Shown here: piece by piece, positions 42,945 through 53,725 of the stretch
How positions within the stretch are numbered: the first letter of the stretch is position 1
Layout of the letters: each line of letters starts with the position of its first letter
Origin: Verrucomicrobiota bacterium
GTDB taxonomy: Bacteria > Verrucomicrobiota > Verrucomicrobiia > Limisphaerales > UBA1096
Length of the DNA: 64,000 nt
Direction: 5' to 3'
Assembly (NCBI GenBank): GCA_030749225.1
Contig: JASMKO010000019.1
Span: forward strand, 140-64,139
Program-made: the position numbers and the translations under genes
Notes under the pieces: model-generated
What the model was told of the DNA's origin: nothing
Databases searched by the model: none
The model's input: only the letters and a program-made list of their open reading frames with translations

Positions 42945-43802
42945 GTGAGCAAAATCAAATTCACCCTCATGGCCTGTGCCGCAGTTGTGGCATTTAACGC
43001 CAACTCGCTGGCCGGCAATCTTTCTGATTCCCTGCCACTAGGCAAAAGCCTGGCAGCCGGGCAGGAACTTCCCCTGCCGCTAGGAATCAGCGCCAATGTG
43101 TTTTTCCTCGAGCAGGACATGGAGGCGCAGTCCATCGCCATTGACATCCCACCGCTGCCGCTGCCCACCGGGCCGCTCCAACTGCCGCCCGGCCTCCCGG
43201 CCCAGACCGCCAAGTTGGAAAGCCGTGCCACCAGCACCACCGCCAAGTTGGATGCATGGGTTCTACCGTTTCTGAACGTGTACGCGGTGGCCGGATACGT
43301 GGACGGTGAAACCACCGCGAGCGGGTTCGCCGTCGGTGGATTGCCGCCCGAGGTGTCCAGCCTGCTGCCCAACTCGTTCACTCTCTCCTACAGCGGGCCG
43401 GTTTACGGTGGCGGCGTCACACTGGCTGCAGGGTTCGATAACTACTTCGCCTCGGTCGATGCCAACTACACCGAGTCCGACCTCGACATCGGCGACTCTA
43501 CCATCGAGGCGTTCATCATTACACCACGCATCGGCGTCACCGGCAGTCTGGGCGGGCTGAACGGCTCGCTCTACGTTGGCGCGATGTATCAGGATGTCGA
43601 TGAACAGCAAAACGGCACGGTCAATTTTCCGATCATGGGGCAGTCGGTGCCAGTCGGCTACGATGTCACCTCGGAAGCTGAGGAAAAGTGGAACTATCTC
43701 GTAGGAGCGAATTTCAAGGCAGGCGGAAGCTGGAATTACGGCATCGAGGCCGGCTTCTCCGACCGCACGCACGTGTTGGCTACGATTAACTACCGCTTCT
43801 GA
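42945..43802 (+). CDS. putative outer-membrane beta-barrel protein
   Basis: The signal peptide is (M)SKIKFTLMACAAVVAFNANSLAG. Beta-strand segments alternate and are rich in G/Y/S/T. The C-terminus is ...ATINYRF with a terminal Phe. The start is GTG. Confidence 0.5.
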   Translation: MSKIKFTLMACAAVVAFNANSLAGNLSDSLPLGKSLAAGQELPLPLGISANVFFLEQDMEAQSIAIDIPPLPLPTGPLQLPPGLPAQTAKLESRATSTTAKLDAWVLPFLNVYAVAGYVDGETTASGFAVGGLPPEVSSLLPNSFTLSYSGPVYGGGVTLAAGFDNYFASVDANYTESDLDIGDSTIEAFIITPRIGVTGSLGGLNGSLYVGAMYQDVDEQQNGTVNFPIMGQSVPVGYDVTSEAEEKWNYLVGANFKAGGSWNYGIEAGFSDRTHVLATINYRF

Positions 43803-43828
43803 GCAGGACACGAAACAAACTTTATCGA

Positions 43829-43857
43829 GGACGGGCCCGGGGCCCGTCCTTTTTTTG
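43829..43857 (+). terminator. intrinsic terminator
   Basis: ggacgggcc-cgg-ggcccgtcc forms a 9-bp stem followed by TTTTTTT. Confidence 0.85.
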
Positions 43858-43921
43858 CCCCAGTTGCCCAAGCAATCACCCTTGCCTCCTCGAGCGCTAG
43901 GCCTCATAAAGAGGCCACACC

Positions 43922-45082
43922 ATGAAAGCGTTTGCAACAGTCACTCTCTCCCTTCTCGGTTGGGCCGCGCTTACACAAGCCGGCCTGCCCACGTTCCGGC
44001 ACATCACTATCGATGCCGGCGTCAAGATCGGCTACGGCATCGCCATCGCCGACATGAACGCCGACAAAAAACAGGACATTATCCTGTGCGACGCCCGGAA
44101 CATCGCCTGGTACCAGAATCCGTCGTGGAAGAAACACATCATCGTCGAGAACCTCACTCAGCGTGACCACGTCTGCATCGCCGTGCGCGACATCGACGGG
44201 GACGGCCGGGCCGAGATCGCCGCAGGCGCGCAATGGAATCCCGGCGAGACGAGCGACACCGCCAAGTCCGGGGCCGTATTTTACCTCATCCCCCCGGCCG
44301 ACCGGACGCAAAAATGGACGCCGGTTCAACTACACCACGAGCCGACCACCCACCGCATGCGTTGGTTCAAAACCTCCAACAGGAGCTACGATCTCGTGGT
44401 ACTTCCGCTTCACGGCCGCGGGAATCGTGCCAACAAGGGGGAAGGAGTCCGCACGCTGGCCTACCACTTCCCTGTCGATCCGAAGCAGGCATGGCAAACC
44501 ACACTGGTCGACGACAACATGCACGCCAGCCACAATTTTGACGTCGCGCAATGGGACAGTGGCAAGGCGGACGAGATGCTGCTCAGCGGCGTGGAAGGCG
44601 TTTTCCTGATGCAACAAGGCAAAGGCCGCGGTTGGCAGCGCCGACAGATCTCCAACAACCCAACCGGCGAGGTCCGTCAGGGCCGGGGCACAGGCGGCGC
44701 CAACTTCGTGACCGCCATCGAACCCATGCACGGCTCGCAGCTTTCCATCTACACTAAGACCAGAGGCGAAACCAAGTGGAGCCGCAACATCATCGACGAC
44801 ACGCTCGACCAGGGGCATGCGCTAGCCACCGGCGATTTCATGGGCACCGGAGCCGACCAGATTGTAGCCGGCTGGCGCGGCACCCGGCGAACCGGCAAGG
44901 TGGGGATCAAGTTTTACTACCCTACCGACAAGGCGCGCACCCAGTGGAAAAGTATGCTCATCGATGACAACCAGATGGCCACCGAGGACATCCGCGTCGC
45001 CGACCTAAACGCGGACGGCAAGTTGGACATCGTCGCCGCCGGTCGCGCCTCCCACAACCTGAAGATTTACTTCAACGAATAG
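43922..45082 (+). CDS. FG-GAP/VCBS repeat protein, secreted
   Basis: There is a signal peptide. Repeated DxNxDGxxD calcium-loop motifs are present (IADMNADKKQDIIL, VRDIDGDGRAEIAAG, VADLNADGKLDIVAAG). Confidence 0.7.
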   Translation: MKAFATVTLSLLGWAALTQAGLPTFRHITIDAGVKIGYGIAIADMNADKKQDIILCDARNIAWYQNPSWKKHIIVENLTQRDHVCIAVRDIDGDGRAEIAAGAQWNPGETSDTAKSGAVFYLIPPADRTQKWTPVQLHHEPTTHRMRWFKTSNRSYDLVVLPLHGRGNRANKGEGVRTLAYHFPVDPKQAWQTTLVDDNMHASHNFDVAQWDSGKADEMLLSGVEGVFLMQQGKGRGWQRRQISNNPTGEVRQGRGTGGANFVTAIEPMHGSQLSIYTKTRGETKWSRNIIDDTLDQGHALATGDFMGTGADQIVAGWRGTRRTGKVGIKFYYPTDKARTQWKSMLIDDNQMATEDIRVADLNADGKLDIVAAGRASHNLKIYFNE

Positions 45083-46241
45083 TCGCGACGGCATCCAGCA
45101 GCGCGGCCACATCCTCACCGGTATGGCCGGTGGTTGTGGTTACCCGCAACCGCGCCTCGTTGCGTGCAACAGTCGGGTAACGGATCGCCGGGATGAAGAA
45201 TCCCGCCTCGTGCAACTGCCCCATCATGGCCAACGCCTTGGCCTCCTCGCCGACGATCAGCGGCAGAATGGCGCTTGGTCCGGCGGGTGTGCGCCAGCCA
45301 AGCGACTCGACACCTCGCCTCAGTTCCTCCACTCGCTGCCAAAGTTGCTGGCGCAGTGAATCCCCCTCCGCGCCCTGGATGAGTTCCACCCCAGCCCGGG
45401 CGGCGGCGCTGACCGCCGGACTGGGCGCGGTCGAGAAAATGAAACTGCGCGCCTTGTTCACCAGCAGTTCAATAAGTGACCCGCTGCCGCAGATGAATCC
45501 GCCGGCCGCACCTACCGCCTTGCCCAGCGTGCCCATCCGGATCTCAATGCGCCCAGCCAGGCCATCGGCCGCCGCCAGCCCTTGGCCAAACGGGCCGTGC
45601 AGGCCCACCGCGTGCGCCTCATCTAGCATCAACCATGCGCCATACCGCTCCTTTAACTCGACCATCTCGGCCAGCGGCGCGCAGTCGCCATCCATCGAGA
45701 AAACGCTCTCGGTTGCCAGCAGCACCCGCCCACCTTGCTCGGCGGCCCATTGTAATCGTTTCTCGAGATTCTCAAGGTCGTTGTGCCGAAAAACACGCAG
45801 CGTCGCGCCGCTCAGCTTGGCCGCGTCGATCATCGAGGCGTGCGCTTTTTTGTCGAGAATCACCACGTCGCCCTGGCCAAGCAACGACGTCAGCACACCC
45901 TGCGCGGCCGCAAAGCCGGAGGAGAACACCAACGCCGCCTCCGTCCCCTGCCACTGTGCCAGGGCCGCCTCCAGTTCGTGGTGCGTCTGCGTCGAACCGC
46001 AGATGAGCCGCGACGCCCCGGAGCCAGTGCCAAACTGCTCCAACGCCTCGCGCGCCGCTTGGCCAAGTGCGGGATGCGAGGCAAGGCCAAGGTAATCGTT
46101 CGAGGAAAAGTTGATCCAATCCCGACCTTCAATCGTAATCCGCGCCGCCTGCGCTGACTCGACCTGCCGCAACCCTCGCCACAAACCGGCATCACGGATT
46201 GCGTCGAGGTCACTACGAAGTTGTTTGTCGATCCTCCCCAT
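45072..46241 (-). CDS. bioF: 8-amino-7-oxononanoate synthase (alpha-oxoamine synthase family)
   Basis: INFSSNDYLGLASHP, SVFSMDGDCAPL, LMLDEAHAVG, GTLGKAVGAAGGF (PLP lysine) and SAILPLIVGEE...IRYPTV...ARLRVT are collinear with E. coli BioF as I remember it. The ATG at 46241 shares one nucleotide with the upstream stop (TGATG). Confidence 0.7.
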   Translation of the reverse strand: MGRIDKQLRSDLDAIRDAGLWRGLRQVESAQAARITIEGRDWINFSSNDYLGLASHPALGQAAREALEQFGTGSGASRLICGSTQTHHELEAALAQWQGTEAALVFSSGFAAAQGVLTSLLGQGDVVILDKKAHASMIDAAKLSGATLRVFRHNDLENLEKRLQWAAEQGGRVLLATESVFSMDGDCAPLAEMVELKERYGAWLMLDEAHAVGLHGPFGQGLAAADGLAGRIEIRMGTLGKAVGAAGGFICGSGSLIELLVNKARSFIFSTAPSPAVSAAARAGVELIQGAEGDSLRQQLWQRVEELRRGVESLGWRTPAGPSAILPLIVGEEAKALAMMGQLHEAGFFIPAIRYPTVARNEARLRVTTTTGHTGEDVAALLDAVATIR

Positions 46242-49200
46242 CACTGCGGCTCCACCACTAACCGATAGAACACCGGCCGACCGTTGTCGATTCGCAGGTC
46301 GATGTGCTCCATCACATCAAGCCGCGCGGTGGCTCCCTTGTTGAGTGACTCCCAAGCAGTCGGGTCGCCGTTGCTTTTCTCAACGCGGTAACGGCGGCCC
46401 GGCACGCTTGGCCAACGCAGCACGACGGTTTTGTTTTTCACCTCGATCGGCGTCGCGAACCGCAGAAACGAGTGGCGATCCCGCGGGTCGGTGCCGGCGG
46501 CGTACTCCGCGGTATCCGCAAAGCTGTCGCCATCAAAGTCGCTGTCCGCACCCGCGATGCCAAGTCCGGAAAAATGGCGACGCTCCCAGTCGTCCGGCAG
46601 GCCGTCGTTGTCCGCGTCCACCCCGGTCGCAACCAACCGGGCGATTTCAAACCGCTCCTCCGCCTTGTTGTGGTGAAACAGCAGGAGCGGCCGGGGCAAT
46701 TGGTTCTCCTCGAAGCCATTGCCGGCAAGGGCGTCGTGATCGACTGCGATCATCAGCGGCGCATCAGCGGCATGATACGGCGAATGGCCGATCTCCGGGT
46801 TGGCGGTGCGTAGTGCAGGCCGGGCGGCGTCGAATGGAATCCAGCGCGTGGTCTCGGTGATGTTGTGGAAACGGTATTGAATCCGCGTGTTGTCGTTACC
46901 CAAGCCGAGGTCGGCGGCCTCGGCCGAGTAGATCATCACGCTGTTGTTAAGCAACGACGTCTCCCGTTCCGCCGACGGGAACACATTCAGGATGCCGCCC
47001 AGCTTTGGATTCTCCCACTCGATCGAGTCGATGATCGTGAAGTAAGCGTCATCGGCGAGTTCGTGCTCGGTGATATCGCCGCTCACCAGTACGTCTCCCG
47101 AGGAGCCGTGCGTCAATTCGTAGTCAGTCACACCATCGAAGTCGGTGTCCACGTCGATACCAAGGTTCGTGAGAAACGACTGCGGCACAATCCACGGCCC
47201 GTCCATGGCGATGCCAAAAAACAGGGTAGCTTCGGCGATTCCGCCCAACTCCGGTGCGTTAGATGCTGCGCCCACCGCTCGCAAGTCCCGCGCTGCCTGT
47301 TCACGGTTGCTGTGCCCGCGCGACGGGCTTTGGTAGCCGAACTGAAACACCGACACCATCGGGGAGTGGTACAGGTTGGCCCCGGCCAGCTGCAACACCA
47401 CGGGTACCACACCTTCCAACTGCCGCACCGCCACGCGGCCCCCATCAACCCGGTGCTCCCCCGCCGGTTGCAACAGCATGTGAAACGGCAAATGCACCGA
47501 TCCCGACTCGCCGTGAAACCATACCTGCCCCGACGCCTCATGGGCAACATGCCTCGGCCCACCCTTGACCTCCGGCGGCGTGGTCGCATCAAATGCCAAC
47601 TGCATCTTGGCCGGGTCGATGGTCAGCGTCAGTTCCACCTTGGTCGTGCCGTTGGCCGGGACGGCGACCGTCGGCTTGGCTGCGGTGAGAGTCACGCCGG
47701 CATTGACCAGCGTGTTGCTCACCGCGAAAGTGCCAGTCCACGGCTGAGTGCCGAGATTGGTTAACTCGATGCTGCGCTTGGCCAAGTGCGGCTCACCGAC
47801 TTCCAGCAGGCCGAACGATAGCGACACCCGCCCCCGCGTCTCTGCGTCCGTGGCAACCACCGGCGTGTCGATGGCCAAGCGCGGATTCACGCGACCGGCC
47901 CCGGTGCGTGTCTCCGGATAAGGAGCTCCGTTCTCGTCCCGCGTCTGAACGGAGGTATTCATCAACGCCGCCTTGACGATCGTCGGCGTCCAGCCCGGAT
48001 GCCGCTCAAGCAGCAACGCCGCCGCCCCGGCTACATGCGGTGCCGCCATCGACGTGCCGCTCATTTGCTGTTCGCCCCCACTCCCAGCGCGTACCGAATG
48101 GATGTTGAAACCGGGAGCTGCGATGTCCGGCTTGAGCCAATGCGTCTCGTACTCCGGCCCTCGGGAACTGCTCGGCGAAAGTTGATCGCCCAGTTCGGGG
48201 CCACCAATCATGACGTCGCCGCCAAGCTTCACAAACAGGCCATCGTCGAGATGCGCTTTCAGCTTCGTCCCGTCCCGCAAGGTGATCATCATCGCCGGGA
48301 TGTCCACTGTGCCGCCGGACGTACCCATCGCGACCGGCGGGCCGCCCTCGTTGTTAACCACGAGCACCGCCCGCGCGCCGGCCTCCTTCGCCCGCTGAAC
48401 CTTGTCCAGGAAAAAACAAACGCCGCGGTCGATCAAGGCGATGTTGCCGTTGAGCGCAGCGGCATTCTTGAGATCGTCGCAGGCGCGCGGCGGGTCGGCG
48501 TACACCACCCGGCCCGTGATCTCCCCCGTTACATCAAGTTGTTTCGTAAACGCCCCCTCGACCGCCTCGAAAAACCCGCGAACCACCGCCGGGGCGGCGA
48601 CCTCGATGCTGTTGTTTTCGATGCCGTCATCCATCGAGTTGGCCACCGTGATCTCGATGCCGTCCATCGACGTTAGCGCGTAAAAATTGTTCCCGTTGTT
48701 TCCGGCGGACCGCACCACCACGGATCCCAACTTGGCCAGACGCGCGGCGGCGTTGTTCTCAAACGACGGGCGGGAGTATGAGTGGCCCAGCGACAGGTTC
48801 ACCACGTCAAGTCGGTCGCTGAGGTCGCCGTTCGCGTCCGGGTCGGCCGCCCACTCCATCGCGTCCACCGAAAGACCAGTCGTCCCCGAGCAACCAAACA
48901 CCTTCAGGGCATACAGCTTGGACTCCGGGGCCACGCCGGGGCCGATCAGGAACCGATCCATATTCAGCGCCTTCCCGTAACCACCGGTGTACGGCACGCC
49001 GTTGGTCATCACGCCCACCCCAGCCGCGATCCCGGCCACGTGCGAGCCATGACTGTTCTCAGCGCAATCGAGCGGATCCTTGTCCGGGCGCGGCACTTGC
49101 GTGCCATTATAGGCATCCCCGGCGAAATCGTAGCCGCCAACTACTTTTTCAGTGGGAAACGTGCCGGACTCGATGCGCGACGGATTGTTTTTCGTGTAGT

Positions 49201-49744
49201 CCGCCACCTTACCACTGCCTCCGAACATCGCGTGGGTGTAGTCGATCCCGGAGTCGATGATCCCGATGCGCACCCCCTTGCCGGTGGCCGGGAGGCTGCC
49301 GCGATTCCAGATGTTCGTCGCCCCGATAAACGGCACGCTGGTCGAGGTGAGGGGATGAAATTGCGCCACCGGCTGGACGTCGGCCACACCTTCGAGCCGG
49401 CGAAGGCGCTCCAGTTGACCAACCGGCAACCGCACCTTGATGGCGTTGACCAGGCGGTTGAACCGCGCCTCGACCTTCCCGCCAACTTGGGTAAGCCGCA
49501 CCATGAGCCGATCCTGTTGGGCGGCAATTTCAGCGATGCGCGCGCGCGTGGCCTCCGCGATGTCGCGCTTGCTTAAGCCTTGATCGCGGAGTCGCACCGC
49601 GACGTCTGCCGCTGGTTGGCCGGCCAGCGCCACATAAACCAGACGCGTTTGCACCTCAGACTCAGCCCCAAACGCCTGAGAAAGCCCAATCAAGCCAAGA
49701 CAAATCAAAAGAAAAAACCAGCCCCATCCGAAGCCCAAAGTCAT
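46241..49744 (-). CDS. subtilisin-like S8 serine protease with PA-domain insert and C-terminal Asp-rich calcium-binding/beta-sandwich region
   Basis: There is a signal peptide. The catalytic triad blocks are IGIIDSGIDYTH (Asp), HGSHVAGIAAG (His) and SGTSMAAPHVAGAAALL (Ser). An I9-like propeptide lies at the N-terminus, and DADNDGLPDDWE / DSDFDGDSFAD motifs lie near the C-terminus. Confidence 0.9.
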   Translation of the reverse strand: MTLGFGWGWFFLLICLGLIGLSQAFGAESEVQTRLVYVALAGQPAADVAVRLRDQGLSKRDIAEATRARIAEIAAQQDRLMVRLTQVGGKVEARFNRLVNAIKVRLPVGQLERLRRLEGVADVQPVAQFHPLTSTSVPFIGATNIWNRGSLPATGKGVRIGIIDSGIDYTHAMFGGSGKVADYTKNNPSRIESGTFPTEKVVGGYDFAGDAYNGTQVPRPDKDPLDCAENSHGSHVAGIAAGVGVMTNGVPYTGGYGKALNMDRFLIGPGVAPESKLYALKVFGCSGTTGLSVDAMEWAADPDANGDLSDRLDVVNLSLGHSYSRPSFENNAAARLAKLGSVVVRSAGNNGNNFYALTSMDGIEITVANSMDDGIENNSIEVAAPAVVRGFFEAVEGAFTKQLDVTGEITGRVVYADPPRACDDLKNAAALNGNIALIDRGVCFFLDKVQRAKEAGARAVLVVNNEGGPPVAMGTSGGTVDIPAMMITLRDGTKLKAHLDDGLFVKLGGDVMIGGPELGDQLSPSSSRGPEYETHWLKPDIAAPGFNIHSVRAGSGGEQQMSGTSMAAPHVAGAAALLLERHPGWTPTIVKAALMNTSVQTRDENGAPYPETRTGAGRVNPRLAIDTPVVATDAETRGRVSLSFGLLEVGEPHLAKRSIELTNLGTQPWTGTFAVSNTLVNAGVTLTAAKPTVAVPANGTTKVELTLTIDPAKMQLAFDATTPPEVKGGPRHVAHEASGQVWFHGESGSVHLPFHMLLQPAGEHRVDGGRVAVRQLEGVVPVVLQLAGANLYHSPMVSVFQFGYQSPSRGHSNREQAARDLRAVGAASNAPELGGIAEATLFFGIAMDGPWIVPQSFLTNLGIDVDTDFDGVTDYELTHGSSGDVLVSGDITEHELADDAYFTIIDSIEWENPKLGGILNVFPSAERETSLLNNSVMIYSAEAADLGLGNDNTRIQYRFHNITETTRWIPFDAARPALRTANPEIGHSPYHAADAPLMIAVDHDALAGNGFEENQLPRPLLLFHHNKAEERFEIARLVATGVDADNDGLPDDWERRHFSGLGIAGADSDFDGDSFADTAEYAAGTDPRDRHSFLRFATPIEVKNKTVVLRWPSVPGRRYRVEKSNGDPTAWESLNKGATARLDVMEHIDLRIDNGRPVFYRLVVEPQ

Positions 49745-49795
49745 GCGAAGAAGATGCCAGTTTTTACCTATATGGGCGAGTCCCGTCGCAAACGA

Positions 49796-52700
49796 TCAAC
49801 TCAGATCGTAGTTGAGGTTTGGGGCGAGCCACCGCTCGGCGTCAGCGAGGCTCATGCCCTTGCGCTTGGCCCACTCCTCCACCTGATCACGCTCGATTTT
49901 GCCGACGCCAAAATATTTGGCCAGCGGATGCGCGAAGTACAGGCCGCTCACCGAACTGGCCGGCCACATGGCGCAACTTTCGGTCAGGCGGATGCCGGTG
50001 TGCTTCTCAACGTCGAGTAATTTCCACAGCAAGCGCTTCTCCGTGTGATCCGGGCAAGCCGGATACCCCGCGGCGGGCCGGATGCCTCGATATTTCTCGC
50101 GAATCAACTCGTCGTTGCGCAAGGCTTCGTCGACCCCGTAGCCCCACTCACGGCGGGCGCGCATGTGTAGGCACTCGGCGAATGCCTCGGCCAGGCGATC
50201 GCCCAGCGCCTTGGCCATGATGGCGTTGTAATCGTCGTTGGCGGCCTCAAACGACTTGGCGAACGCCTCGACACCGTGCCCCGCTGTCACCGCAAACGCC
50301 CCGAGGTGATCGGTCAACCCGGTCTCCCTTGACGCAATGAAATCGGCCAGGCTGTGATTCTCTAAGGACGACTTGTCGGTTTGCTGGCGCAGAAAATGGA
50401 ACTTGGCCAAGCGCTTGGCCCGCGTGGCGTCAGTATACAATTCCACGTCGTCCCCAACCCGGTTGGCCGGGAAAAAACCGTACGCGCACTTGGCCTTGAA
50501 CAACTTTTCATCAACGATGCGGCTGAGCAATGCTTGCGCGTCGGCGAACAACTCCCGCGCCTTGTCGCCGACAGTCGCGTCGTCGAGAATCCCAGGGTAA
50601 CGCCCCCGCAACTCCCACGTGTGGAAGAACGGTGACCAGTCGATGAACTCAACCAGCATCCCCAGCGGGAAGTCATCCTCCGCACGGACGCCGGTGAATT
50701 CCGGCTGCGGGATATCCTCCACCCGCCAATCGATTTTTGTGGCGCGTTTGCGAGCCTCCGCAATGCTGAGCAGCGGCTTGGCCGCGCGTTTGCCGTGATG
50801 CTTTTCGAAAAGTTCCTCCTGCGTCGCCGTATTCGCCGCGATAAAATCATCACGGTCGGTTTCACTCAATAATTTACCGACAACGCCAACTGCGCGGGAG
50901 GCATCGAGCACGTGCAGCGTTGCCTGTCCGTAGCCGGGGGCGATCTTGACCGCAGTGTGCTCGCAACTGGTGGTCGCCCCACCGATGAGGAGCGGCTTAT
51001 CGAAGCACTCCCTCTGCATTTCCCTGGCGACATGTGCCATCTCGTCGAGCGACGGCGTGATCAATCCGCTGAGGCCAATCATGTCAACCTTTTCCTCGCG
51101 GGCGGCTTTCAATATCTTGTCGCAAGGCACCATCACGCCGAGGTCGATGACCTCGTAGTTGTTACATCGCAGCACCACACCGACGATGTTTTTACCAATG
51201 TCATGCACATCGCCCTTGACCGTAGCCATGACAATTTTTCCGCGCGAATGCACGCCGGTGTCCGCCTTTTCCACCTCCATGAACGGCTGCAGATAGGCAA
51301 CCGCCTTTTTCATGACGCGCGCACTCTTGACGACCTGAGGCAGGAACATCTTGCCCGCACCAAATAGGTCGCCGACGACGTTCATGCCATCCATCAACGG
51401 CCCCTCGATAACGTGGATCGGGCGTCCCAGTTTTTGTCGCGCCTCCTCGGTGTCGGCCTCGATGTGCTCGACGATGCCCTTGACGAGCGCGTGAGCCAGC
51501 CGTTCCCCGACCGGCCCATCGCGCCAGGCATCGGTTACCTTCTCCGACTTGCCCTGCTGCTTGACCGTCTCCGCAAACTCGACGAGCCGCTCGGTGGCAT
51601 CCGGACGGCGGTTCAGCAGGACGTCCTCGACGCGCTCGAGCAGGTCGGCCGGGATTTCCTCGTACACCTCGAGCATCCCGGCGTTGACGATGCCCATGTC
51701 CAGCCCAGCCTTGATCGCGTGGTACAGAAACGCCGAGTGCATCGCCTCGCGCACGGTGTTGTTGCCGCGAAACGAAAACGAGATGTTGCTAACCCCACCA
51801 CTGACCTTGGCCAAGGGCAGAGTCGACTTGATAATGCGCGTCGCCTCGATGAAGCCCACCGCGAAGTCGTTGTGCTCCACCATTCCGGTCGCCACGGTGA
51901 GGATGTTCGGGTCAAAAATAATGTCCTGCGGCGGGAAGCCGGCCTCTTTAGTCAGCAACTCGTAAGAGCGCGTGCAGATTTCGACACGGCGATCGGTCGT
52001 GTCCGCCTGACCCAGCTCGTCAAACGCCATCACCACCACAGCCGCGCCATAGCGGCGAATCTTCCGAGCCTTCTCGAGAAACGCTTCCTCCCCCTCCTTA
52101 AGGCTGATCGAGTTGACAATTCCCTTGCCCTGCAAGCACTTGAGCCCAGCCTCGATAACCGACCATTTTGAGCTGTCGATCATGACTGGCACGCGCGATA
52201 TGTCCGGCTCGCTGGCGATCAGGTTGAGGAACCGCGTCATCGCCGCCTCGGAGTCAAGCAGGCTCTCGTCCATGTTGACGTCGATGATTTGTGCCCCATT
52301 CTCAACCTGCTGCCAGGCGACTCCCAGCGCCTCCTCGTACTGGTCGTTCTTGATCAATTTGGCAAAGCGCGGCGAGCCGGTGACGTTTGTTCGCTCACCA
52401 ACGTTGATGAAATTAGACTCGGGCCGGACGGTCAACGCCTCCATACCGCTGAGCCGGAGCCATGGATCCGGCTTGGCCAAGCGGCGAGGTTCACAATCTG
52501 CAACCACCTCAGCGATGTGTCGGATATGTTCCGGGGTCGTGCCGCAGCAGCCGCCGACGATGTTCAACCAACCGTTGGCTGCCCAGTCGTGCAGCTGCGG
52601 CGCGAACGACTCGGGCGTCTCCGGAAAACCCGTCGGCAGCAGCGGATTCGGCATGCCAGCGTTCGGGTGCGCGCTGACATGGACCGACGCGATGCGGGAA

Positions 52701-53497
52701 AGCTCATCAATGTGCGACCGCATCTCCCTCGGGCCAAGCGCACAGTTGATCCCGACGCTGACTAGGTCGATGTTCGACACCGAGTTCCAGTACGCCTCGA
52801 CCGTCTGTCCAGAGAGCGTGCGCCCGCTCTGGTCGGTGATGGTGAAGGACAGCATCACCGGCAGCCGTTGGCCAAGCGAGTCGAACAACAACTCGAGCGC
52901 GAACAATGCCGCCCGCGAGTTGAGTGAGTCGAACACCGTCTCGACCAGCAGCAAATCCACCCCACCCTCCACCAAGCCTTTGGCCTGCTCCGTGTACGCG
53001 TCGACCAGTTGGTCATACGTCACCGCACGGAATGCCGGATCATTGACATCCGGCGAGATGGAGGCCGTGCGATTCGTCGGACCAAGCGCCCCGGCGACGA
53101 AACATTGCCGGCCTGGAACCGCCGTCATCACTTCATCGGCGGCGGATCGGGCAAGCCTCGCGTTGGCCGCATTCAACTCATGCGCCAGCGACTCCATCCC
53201 GTAATCGGCCAGTGCGATACTCGTCGAGTTGAATGTGTTCGTCTCAACGATGTCTGCCCCGGCTTCAAGATAGGTCCGGTGGATCGAGCCAATCACCTCC
53301 GGCCGCGTGATACCCAGAAGGTCGTTGTTTCCCTTCAAGTCACGATCCCAGTCTGCAAATCGTTCACCCCGAAAATCAGCCTCCTCCATTCTGTGCTGCT
53401 GGATCATCGTGCCCATCGCGCCATCGAGAATCACGATGCGCTTGGCCAAGAGATCAATCAGGGCATGATGCCTGTTACTGGACGATTTACAGCCCAC
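49796..53497 (-). CDS. metH: cobalamin-dependent methionine synthase
   Basis: The protein is 1233 aa. Domains run in order: Hcy-binding ([25 protein letters not shown]), pterin-binding, B12-binding ([12 protein letters not shown]) and AdoMet activation. The GTG start at 53497 is tentative. Confidence 0.95.
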   Translation of the reverse strand: MGCKSSSNRHHALIDLLAKRIVILDGAMGTMIQQHRMEEADFRGERFADWDRDLKGNNDLLGITRPEVIGSIHRTYLEAGADIVETNTFNSTSIALADYGMESLAHELNAANARLARSAADEVMTAVPGRQCFVAGALGPTNRTASISPDVNDPAFRAVTYDQLVDAYTEQAKGLVEGGVDLLLVETVFDSLNSRAALFALELLFDSLGQRLPVMLSFTITDQSGRTLSGQTVEAYWNSVSNIDLVSVGINCALGPREMRSHIDELSRIASVHVSAHPNAGMPNPLLPTGFPETPESFAPQLHDWAANGWLNIVGGCCGTTPEHIRHIAEVVADCEPRRLAKPDPWLRLSGMEALTVRPESNFINVGERTNVTGSPRFAKLIKNDQYEEALGVAWQQVENGAQIIDVNMDESLLDSEAAMTRFLNLIASEPDISRVPVMIDSSKWSVIEAGLKCLQGKGIVNSISLKEGEEAFLEKARKIRRYGAAVVVMAFDELGQADTTDRRVEICTRSYELLTKEAGFPPQDIIFDPNILTVATGMVEHNDFAVGFIEATRIIKSTLPLAKVSGGVSNISFSFRGNNTVREAMHSAFLYHAIKAGLDMGIVNAGMLEVYEEIPADLLERVEDVLLNRRPDATERLVEFAETVKQQGKSEKVTDAWRDGPVGERLAHALVKGIVEHIEADTEEARQKLGRPIHVIEGPLMDGMNVVGDLFGAGKMFLPQVVKSARVMKKAVAYLQPFMEVEKADTGVHSRGKIVMATVKGDVHDIGKNIVGVVLRCNNYEVIDLGVMVPCDKILKAAREEKVDMIGLSGLITPSLDEMAHVAREMQRECFDKPLLIGGATTSCEHTAVKIAPGYGQATLHVLDASRAVGVVGKLLSETDRDDFIAANTATQEELFEKHHGKRAAKPLLSIAEARKRATKIDWRVEDIPQPEFTGVRAEDDFPLGMLVEFIDWSPFFHTWELRGRYPGILDDATVGDKARELFADAQALLSRIVDEKLFKAKCAYGFFPANRVGDDVELYTDATRAKRLAKFHFLRQQTDKSSLENHSLADFIASRETGLTDHLGAFAVTAGHGVEAFAKSFEAANDDYNAIMAKALGDRLAEAFAECLHMRARREWGYGVDEALRNDELIREKYRGIRPAAGYPACPDHTEKRLLWKLLDVEKHTGIRLTESCAMWPASSVSGLYFAHPLAKYFGVGKIERDQVEEWAKRKGMSLADAERWLAPNLNYDLS

Positions 53498-53536
53498 AGA
53501 GCGGAAGGCTACCCGCCGCTCTTGCGCGAGTCAAAC

Positions 53537-53570
53537 AACATATCAACATATCTTGATATGTTGATATGTT
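53537..53570. promoter_or_regulatory. 34-bp perfect palindrome made of four 8-mers (AACATATC x2, TT, GATATGTT x2); candidate operator in the metH / cassette divergent region
   Basis: aacatatcaacatatc-tt-gatatgttgatatgtt has 16-bp arms, and each arm is a direct 8-bp duplication. It lies 40 nt upstream of the metH start and about 155 nt upstream of the 53726 ORF. Confidence 0.55.
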
Positions 53571-53725
53571 ACTAAAAATGGCGTAAATATGTATTATTCT
53601 GATCTAAAAAAACTCGAGGGTGCTATTCTCATCTTGCTTCCCCTAATTGTGCATTGGCAGAAATTTGTCGTTGTGGAAGTGCCATCAAAGCCGTTGGTCA
53701 AAGGGCAAGACGTTGACAGAACCGG

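Noticed and set aside
45072-46241. The idea that the alpha-oxoamine synthase is a serine palmitoyltransferase, functionally tied to the ceramidase-like giant proteins in a sphingolipid pathway.
   Set aside because: The sequence is collinear with BioF blocks (INFSSNDYLGL, TLGKAVG, SAILPLIVG, IRYPTV...RLRVT) and has BioF length. It lies 3 kb and several unrelated genes away from the ceramidase-like genes, on a different transcription unit. Only a phylogeny could fully exclude the idea.
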